Shown: positions 57,850 through 64,000 of the stretch, piece after piece
Layout: each line of letters starts with the position of its first letter
Position numbering within the stretch: position 1 is the first letter of the stretch
Assembly: GCA_036676665.1 (NCBI GenBank)
Contig: JAKFCL010000092.1
Coordinates: forward strand, 6,521-70,520
DNA length: 64,000 nucleotides
Source: Arenimonas sp.
GTDB taxonomy: Bacteria > Pseudomonadota > Gammaproteobacteria > Xanthomonadales > Xanthomonadaceae
Direction: 5' to 3'
Notes under the pieces: model-generated
The model's database searches: none
What the model saw: only the letters and a program-made list of their open reading frames with translations
Told to the model about the DNA's origin: nothing
Translations under genes and position numbers: made by a program

Positions 57850-59706
57850 ATGGACGAGCGGTCGGGCTCCACGCGCGTGAAGTTCCTCGTGGCCTGGGCG
57901 CTGGCGCTGGCCGCCAAGCTCTGGCTCGTGCTGGCGTTGCAGCCGTTCGGCGACGAGGCGTTCTACGCGCAGGAAAGCACCCGGCTGGCGTGGGCGTATT
58001 CGGATCTTCCGGGGCTGACCGCGTGGCTGATCCGCGTCGGCACCGCGATCGGCGGGCACGACATCGTCGCCGCCCGCATCCCGTTCCTGCTGCTCGGCGC
58101 GCTGCTGCCGTGGCAGGTCGTGCGGATCGCGCGGCGCTGGTTCGGCGATACCGCCGGCTGGCAGGCGGGGCTGCTGGCGACGCTGCTTCCGCTGGGCGGG
58201 CTGATGGGTGTGCTGGCGCTGCCGGACGTGCCGATGCTGTTCGCCGCGCTGCTTTGCCTGGATGCGTTCGCGGTGCTGATGCGGCGGGTCGGCTGGCCGG
58301 CGCTGGTCCAGCTCGCGCTGGGACTGGCGATCGGCGCGCTGGCCCATTACCGCTTCGCGCTGGTGGTGCTGGCCGGTGGCGTCGGCCTGCTGTGCGCCGC
58401 CGAAGGCCGTGCGCTTCTGCGTTCGCCGCGGCTGTGGCTGGCCGTGGCGATCGGCGCCGCGGCGTGGTGGCCGCTCGTGGCCTGGAACCTGGCGCACCGG
58501 GGCGCCGGCGTCGAATTCCAGCTGATCGACCGGCACCCGTGGATGCCGCAGGCCGCCGGCGCGCTGTGGTTGCCGGTGCAGGTCCTCGTGGTGACGCCGC
58601 TGCTGTTCGTGCTGCTGGTGGCGACGCTGGGGGAGGCGTGGCGCCGCCGCGGGGAAGGCCCGGCCTGGCCGTTCCTCGCCGGCCTGGCCAGCGTGGCCGT
58701 GCCCGGTTATTTCCTGCTCGGATTCTTCGCCGACAGCGAGCGGGTGAGTTTCCACTGGCCCCTCGCCGGCTGGCTGGCGCTGTGCATCGCGGCGCCGGTG
58801 CCGCTGGCGCGCTGGCGGCCGGCGCTGCGTACCGCGCTGCATGCGACGGCGGCGCTGGGGCTGGCGGCGACGTTCGCCTACCTCGCGATCGTCGCCAGCC
58901 CGGGCGGGCGGGCGTGGCTGGCGGCGACGCCGGTCTACGCCGACAACTTCTCCGGCTGGGGCGACATCGCCGCGCGGGTCCAGGACCGGCTGCGGGTCCT
59001 GCCGCGGGACACGATCCTGGTCGCCGACAACTTCATGCTCGGCGCCCAGTTGTCGCTGGCACTGCGCCGCGATGACGTGCTCGTGCTGGACCATCCGCTC
59101 AACCGCAAGCACGGCCGCGCGGTGCAACTGTCCGACTGGGGCCTGCTGTCCGGGGGGCGCGAGCACTGGGGCGGCGCGCCCGTGCTGCTCGTCGTGGAGG
59201 ACACGGCACGGCCGTTGAAGCAGCGACTGCGCGGCTACGACGAGCTGTGCCCGCGCACCGCCGGCCTGCCGCCGCCACAGGTCGTCAACATCGATCAGGG
59301 CCGCAAGCGATTCCTGCTGTTCGCGCTGGACGCTTCGCCGCGCGCCTGCGTCCGGCCCGCGCTGGCGTGGATCGACGCGCCGGCGCCGGGTGACACGGTG
59401 TCGGGCCGCGTGCGGGTGCAGGGCTGGGCACTTAAACCCGGCACCGGCATCGATCGGGTCGACGTCACGCTCGACGGCGTGGTGGTAGCACGCGCCGACT
59501 ACGGCCGGCAGCGCCTGGACGTGCTCGACTACTGGGGACTGGCGAAGGATCCCGCCGAGGCGGGCGTCGGCTTCGAGGCGGTGCTGGACCTGGCCGGCCA
59601 TCCGGCCGGCACGGCCTGGCTCGGGCTCACCGTCCACGGAAGCGATGGCAGCGTCGAGCCCTGGCCGGCCCAGGTGCTGCGCATCGAGTCTCAGGGCAGG
59701 CGGTAG
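57850..59706 (+). CDS. GT39/ArnT-like membrane glycosyltransferase with C-terminal Ig-like domain
   Basis: FGDEAFY, AYSDLPG, multiple TMs, C-terminal 'IDAP..G..VQGWA...VDVTLDG'. Confidence 0.8.
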   Translation: MDERSGSTRVKFLVAWALALAAKLWLVLALQPFGDEAFYAQESTRLAWAYSDLPGLTAWLIRVGTAIGGHDIVAARIPFLLLGALLPWQVVRIARRWFGDTAGWQAGLLATLLPLGGLMGVLALPDVPMLFAALLCLDAFAVLMRRVGWPALVQLALGLAIGALAHYRFALVVLAGGVGLLCAAEGRALLRSPRLWLAVAIGAAAWWPLVAWNLAHRGAGVEFQLIDRHPWMPQAAGALWLPVQVLVVTPLLFVLLVATLGEAWRRRGEGPAWPFLAGLASVAVPGYFLLGFFADSERVSFHWPLAGWLALCIAAPVPLARWRPALRTALHATAALGLAATFAYLAIVASPGGRAWLAATPVYADNFSGWGDIAARVQDRLRVLPRDTILVADNFMLGAQLSLALRRDDVLVLDHPLNRKHGRAVQLSDWGLLSGGREHWGGAPVLLVVEDTARPLKQRLRGYDELCPRTAGLPPPQVVNIDQGRKRFLLFALDASPRACVRPALAWIDAPAPGDTVSGRVRVQGWALKPGTGIDRVDVTLDGVVVARADYGRQRLDVLDYWGLAKDPAEAGVGFEAVLDLAGHPAGTAWLGLTVHGSDGSVEPWPAQVLRIESQGRR

Positions 59707-60266
59707 CCGGCGGCGCGCAACGAGCGCGCCAGCGCGATCAGCGGCAGGCCGACCAGCGCGGTGGGGTCGTCGTTGCGGATCTCCTCGAACAGCACGATGC
59801 CCAGCCCCTCGCACTTGAACGCGCCGGCGCAGTCGTAGGGCGCCTCGGCATCGAGGTAGCGCAGGATCGATTCGGCGTCGAGGCTGCGGAACCGCACCCG
59901 GGTCTGATCCAGGTGGGCCAGCGTGCGGCCGCCCGGCCCGGCCAGGCAGAACGCGGTGTGGAAGACGACGGTGCGCCCGGAGGCGGCCAGCAGCTGGACG
60001 AGGGCCCGCTCGCGGTCGCCGGGCTTGCCCAGAGGCTGGCCGTCGAGGTCGGCGACCTGGTCCGAGCCGATGACCCAGGCCTCCGGGTGGCCCGCCGCCA
60101 CCGCCCGCGCCTTGGCTTCGGCCAGCCGCACGGCGAGCGCGGCCGGGGTCTCGGCCGGCAATGGAGTCTCGTCGACCGCCGGCGCAGCGACGGTGAAGGG
60201 CAGGGCGAGGCGTTCGAGCAGCTCGCGCCGGTAGCGCGACGTCGACGCCAGGACCAGCGGCGTCAC
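59691..60266 (-). CDS. Maf-family nucleotide pyrophosphatase (YceF-type)
   Basis: LVLASTSRYR, GSDQV, LGKPG, CAGAFKCEG, LVGLPL. Confidence 0.92.
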   Translation of the reverse strand: MTPLVLASTSRYRRELLERLALPFTVAAPAVDETPLPAETPAALAVRLAEAKARAVAAGHPEAWVIGSDQVADLDGQPLGKPGDRERALVQLLAASGRTVVFHTAFCLAGPGGRTLAHLDQTRVRFRSLDAESILRYLDAEAPYDCAGAFKCEGLGIVLFEEIRNDDPTALVGLPLIALARSLRAAGYRLP

Positions 60267-60748
60267 GGGGCGCCGGGTCCGCGGCGCAGCGTCGGCGGCT
60301 CGCGCCGGGCGGCTTCGGCGCTGGCCTCGGTGGCCTGCGCCAGTTCGGCGCCGGCCCGTTCCAGCTCGTCCAGCTGCGAGGCCAGGCGGGTGCGGGCGCG
60401 GTCCAGCGCGCCGCAGGCGGCGTCCAGTTCGCGCTGGTGAGCCGTGGCGCCGTGCTGCTGGATCCACAGGCGGTGTTGCAGGACGTCGCGCTTGGCGTCG
60501 CGGATCGGGCCGGTGCCGTCCAGCGACGCCCGGGCGACCGCGGCGATGTCGGCCGGAACCCGGCCCACGACCGACTGCAGGGCCTGCATCCGGTCCTGGC
60601 TGCGGTCCAGCAGGGCCTGCATCTCGTCGGCCAGGTCCAGCAGGCGCCGCAGGCTGCGGTCGCGCCGACGGCTGCGCCCCAGCCACCACAGCAGGGGCAG
60701 GGCCAGCACGACGGCGATCAGGCCGGCCAGGACGATCAGTTCGGGCAT
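60263..60748 (-). CDS. Hypothetical membrane-anchored coiled-coil protein
   Basis: N-terminal hydrophobic helix then a helical region. GTGA overlap with maf. Confidence 0.65.
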   Translation of the reverse strand: MPELIVLAGLIAVVLALPLLWWLGRSRRRDRSLRRLLDLADEMQALLDRSQDRMQALQSVVGRVPADIAAVARASLDGTGPIRDAKRDVLQHRLWIQQHGATAHQRELDAACGALDRARTRLASQLDELERAGAELAQATEASAEAARREPPTLRRGPGAP

Positions 60749-60828
60749 GGGGGGCTTCCGGAAGGTCGGCGGCAGTCTGCACCAGCCCCCCGAGGCCGGC
60801 AAACTCCAGCCGGCGCAGTCGTTTAGGT

Positions 60829-60857
60829 TTGACACCGCAGCGGCCCGCGCCTATCAT
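60829..60857 (+). promoter_or_regulatory. Sigma-70 promoter of yceD-rpmF
   Basis: TTGACA-N17-TATCAT. Confidence 0.75.
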
Positions 60858-60866
60858 TTCGCGCTT

Positions 60867-61379
60867 ATGTCCGCTCACCTGCCCCCTGTGCTCGATGCGT
60901 GGCGCATGGTCGCGGCCAAACGGTGTTTCGAGGGTCGGTTGCCGCTGTCGGGGATGACCCGGCTGCGCGACTCCCTGGTCGACGCCGAAGGCGACTGTCG
61001 CTACGAGATGGAGTTCGGCCGCGATTCCCTCGACCTGCCTTACGTCGAGGTGCGCGTCGAAGCCGATCTGCCGTTGCAGTGCCAGCGGACGCTGGAACGT
61101 TTCCTGCATCCGGTCCGTGTGCACCAGCGCCTCGGCCTGATCACCGACGAGGCGCAGGAAGCCGCGCTGCCGGAGGGCATGGAGCCGATCCTGCTCGACG
61201 CTGCCGGCGAGCTGGACCCGGCCGGGCTGGTGGAGGATGAACTGATCCTCGCCATTCCGGTGGTACCGATCGATCCGCGTTCGACGCAGGTCACGGCCGA
61301 ATGGCCCGCCGACGTCGAACCGGAAGAAACCCCGAACCCCTTCGCCGCGCTCGCCGCGCTGAAGACCCAGAAGAAGTAG
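60867..61379 (+). CDS. yceD: YceD/DUF177 protein
   Basis: [21 protein letters not shown]. Upstream of rpmF. Confidence 0.92.
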   Translation: MSAHLPPVLDAWRMVAAKRCFEGRLPLSGMTRLRDSLVDAEGDCRYEMEFGRDSLDLPYVEVRVEADLPLQCQRTLERFLHPVRVHQRLGLITDEAQEAALPEGMEPILLDAAGELDPAGLVEDELILAIPVVPIDPRSTQVTAEWPADVEPEETPNPFAALAALKTQKK

Positions 61380-61392
61380 TTGGAGAGACACC

Positions 61393-61587
61393 ATGGCCGT
61401 CCAGAAATCCCGCGTTTCCCCGTCCCGCCGCGGCCAGCGCCGCTCGCACGACGCCCTGTGCCCGAAGCAGCTGGCGACCGACCCGACCTCGGGCGAGACC
61501 CACCTGCGCCACCACGTGACCAAGGACGGCTACTACCGCGGCAAGAAGGTCATCGCCGTGAAGTCGTCGGTGGTCAACGAGGACTGA
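61393..61587 (+). CDS. rpmF: 50S ribosomal protein L32
   Basis: [20 protein letters not shown]...HLRHHV...GYYRG. Confidence 0.97.
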   Translation: MAVQKSRVSPSRRGQRRSHDALCPKQLATDPTSGETHLRHHVTKDGYYRGKKVIAVKSSVVNED

Positions 61588-61723
61588 GCCGCGTTCCGCC
61601 CCGCGGGGTGGAGTACGGTGAGCTGAAACGCGGCGGGCCTGGTCCCGCCGCTTGCGTTTCCGACGGTGCATCGGCGCGGCCCCGGTCGTGGTCCGGCGCT
61701 ACCGTCCCATGATGGGGATGACG

Positions 61724-62698
61724 ATGGCCGTGTTCTCGCGTATCGCCGGCACCGGCAGTGCCCTGCCGGCCAGGATCCTGACCAACAAGGACCTGGAGGA
61801 ATTCGTCGACACCACCGACGAGTGGATCGCCACCCGCACCGGGATCCGTTCGCGGCATGTCGTCGCCGAGGGCGAGACCACCTGCGACCTCGCCGAGCGC
61901 GCGGCGCTGGCGGCGATGGAGGCGGCCGGCATCGTCGCGTCCGAGATCGACATGATCGTGCTCGGCACGACCACCCCCGACCTGATCTTCCCGTCGACCG
62001 CCTGCCTGCTGCAGCACCGCATCGGCGCCAACGGCTGCGCCGCGTTCGACGTCAATGCCGCCTGCTCGGGCTTCATCTACGCGCTCAGCGTCGCCGACGC
62101 CTTCATCCGCGCCGGCACTGCGAAGACGATCCTGGTCGTCGGCGCCGAGACGCTGACGCGGATGATGGACTGGTCGGACCGCTCCACCTGCGTGCTGTTC
62201 GGCGACGGCGCCGGCGCCGTCGTGCTCAAGGCCGACGCCGAGGCCGGCATCCTGTCGACGCACCTGCACGCCGACGGCGGCAAGAAGGATCTTCTGTACA
62301 ACCCGGTCGGCGTTTCCGTCGGGTTCCGTCCGGAGGAGAAGAACTCGGGCTGCCTGGTCAAGATGACCGGCAACGAAGTCTTCAAGCATGCGGTCAAGGC
62401 GCTCGACTCGGTCGTCGACGAGACGCTGGCCGCCAATGGCCTGGAAAAGACCGACATCGACTGGCTGATCCCGCACCAGGCCAACCTGCGCATCATCGAA
62501 GCCACGGCCAAGCGCCTGCAGATGCCGATGGAGCGGGTGATCGTGACGGTGCACAAGCACGGCAACACGTCGTCGGGTTCGGTGCCGCTGGCGCTGGACG
62601 AGGCGGTCCGCTCGGGCAAGGTGCAGCGCGGCCAGCTGCTGCTGCTGGAAGCCTTCGGCGGCGGTTTCACCTGGGGTTCGGCGCTGATCCGCTACTGA
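61724..62698 (+). CDS. fabH: Beta-ketoacyl-ACP synthase III
   Basis: [31 protein letters not shown]. Confidence 0.96.
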   Translation: MAVFSRIAGTGSALPARILTNKDLEEFVDTTDEWIATRTGIRSRHVVAEGETTCDLAERAALAAMEAAGIVASEIDMIVLGTTTPDLIFPSTACLLQHRIGANGCAAFDVNAACSGFIYALSVADAFIRAGTAKTILVVGAETLTRMMDWSDRSTCVLFGDGAGAVVLKADAEAGILSTHLHADGGKKDLLYNPVGVSVGFRPEEKNSGCLVKMTGNEVFKHAVKALDSVVDETLAANGLEKTDIDWLIPHQANLRIIEATAKRLQMPMERVIVTVHKHGNTSSGSVPLALDEAVRSGKVQRGQLLLLEAFGGGFTWGSALIRY

Positions 62699-62704
62699 CG
62701 GGCG

Positions 62705-63424
62705 ATGGCCGACACCCGCGTAAGCAAGGTCGATCAGTCCGGCCGGATCGCGTGGCGCAAGACCTATTCCGAGGGCGGGCGCGGTGTGCGCATCGCGCTG
62801 CTGCGCGGCGTCGCCCGCCTGCTCGGAACCCCGCCGCTGCTCGCCCCGCATCCGCAACGCCCCGAGGACGCCTGCCGCACCGAACAGGCGATGATCCGTC
62901 GTCTCGCCGCGCTCGGCGCGAACGTGCCTGTGATCCTGTCGGCGGGACCGTGCGAGCTGCTGCTTTCCGACCTCGGCCCGACGCTCGCGACCAGCTGCCG
63001 CCGCGAGCGGGATCCGGCGGCGCGCCGCGCGCTGGTCGCCGCCGGCCTCGACGCCCTCGCGACGCTGCATGGCGACGGCGGCTGGTTGAGCCAGGCGTTC
63101 GCCCGCAACATGACCTGGCGCGACGGCCGCGTCGGCTTCATCGACCTCGAGGAAGATCCGGCGACGATGATGCCGCCGGCGGCCGCGCAGGCGCGCGACG
63201 TGCTTTTCTTCGCCCATTCCACCGCCCGCTTCCTCGCCGACATGCCGGGCGCGCATGCGGCACTGCTCGCCGCGCACCTGAGCCGCGAATCGCCGACGGT
63301 GCGTGCGCACGTCGCGCATACCGCGCGCCGGCTCGCGTGGCTGGCGCCGGTGGTGCGGCCGTTCGGCGCGCGTTCGCGAGCGGTCGGCGACGCGCTGCGC
63401 AGCCTGCGCGACGCGGCCGCCTGA
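62705..63424 (+). CDS. Kdo/WaaP kinase-like protein with degenerate catalytic loop
   Basis: W-x-K lysine, EQAM, LHxxGxxLSQAFARN, IDLE, QARD. Confidence 0.6.
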   Translation: MADTRVSKVDQSGRIAWRKTYSEGGRGVRIALLRGVARLLGTPPLLAPHPQRPEDACRTEQAMIRRLAALGANVPVILSAGPCELLLSDLGPTLATSCRRERDPAARRALVAAGLDALATLHGDGGWLSQAFARNMTWRDGRVGFIDLEEDPATMMPPAAAQARDVLFFAHSTARFLADMPGAHAALLAAHLSRESPTVRAHVAHTARRLAWLAPVVRPFGARSRAVGDALRSLRDAAA

Positions 63425-63527
63425 CACGGGCCGCGGCGCCCCGCCGCAGGCCGACCCTACGCGCCAGTACAGACGCCCGCGCGCACCGCTCGCGTATCAT
63501 TCGCCCGTTTCGCACTCCGGACCCTCG

Positions 63528-64000
63528 ATGAGCCAGCCACTCGCGTTCGTATTTCCCGGCCAGGGATCCCAGTCGCCGGGCATGCTCGCCGACCTCGCGC
63601 AGGTCCATCCGGTCGTGCGCACGACCTTCGCCGAAGCGTCCGAAGGCGCCGGCATCGACCTGTGGACGTTGTCGCAGGACGGTCCCGAAGACGAACTCAA
63701 CCGCACCGAGCTGACGCAGCCGGCCCTGCTCGCGGCCGGCGTCGCCGTCTGGCGTGCATGGCTCGAGCGCGGCGGCGTGCGCCCGTCGGTGCTTGCCGGC
63801 CACAGTCTCGGCGAATACGCGGCGCTGGTGGCCGCCGGGGCGATCGGCCTGGCCGAAGGTTCCCGGCTCGTGCGCGAACGCGGCCGCCTGATGCAGCTGG
63901 CGGTGCCCGCCGGTGCCGGCGCGATGGCGGCGGTGCTCGGCACCGAGGATGCGCTGGTGGCCGAGGTCTGCGATGCCGTGTCCGGCGACGACGTGGTGGT
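63528..64000 (+). CDS. fabD: Malonyl-CoA-ACP transacylase (3'-truncated by the window edge)
   Basis: FVFPGQGSQ, TQPALL, GHSLGEY. Confidence 0.95.
   Translation, partial: MSQPLAFVFPGQGSQSPGMLADLAQVHPVVRTTFAEASEGAGIDLWTLSQDGPEDELNRTELTQPALLAAGVAVWRAWLERGGVRPSVLAGHSLGEYAALVAAGAIGLAEGSRLVRERGRLMQLAVPAGAGAMAAVLGTEDALVAEVCDAVSGDDVV

Overview
High-GC gammaproteobacterial chromosome segment. Gene order and the LexA-box type point to Xanthomonadales/Lysobacteraceae (inference). Most of the window is housekeeping: hslR, mutS, cinA-lexA-recA-recX-alaS-csrA, a 7-tRNA array, tig-clpP-clpX-lon-hupB-ppiD, fabI-mltD-gloB/yafS-rnhA-dnaQ, LPS genes, moaACDE, SRP RNA, dnaX-ybaB-recR-hinT, MoxR-DUF58-transglutaminase, maf, yceD-rpmF-fabH-fabD, and 11 tRNAs in total. 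There are two accessory blocks. (1) 4.0-14.3 kb: an AMIN-like lipoprotein, a minimal arsR-gapdh-arsJ operon, and an ABC/adaptor/P-type ATPase operon behind an FNR-type box. (2) 35.1-44.9 kb: a membrane Ser/Thr kinase, a PP2C phosphatase, a ~1780-aa Ig-repeat autotransporter and a divergently transcribed exported Sel1/coiled-coil/caspase-fold protease. Block 2 is the best candidate for an undescribed system. Other leads are a Kdo-kinase-like pseudokinase between fabH and fabD, a structured alaS leader, and an in-frame lexA-coupled recA extension. No CRISPR array, integrase or transposase was recognised. All product calls are from motif recognition by eye; no database searches were run.
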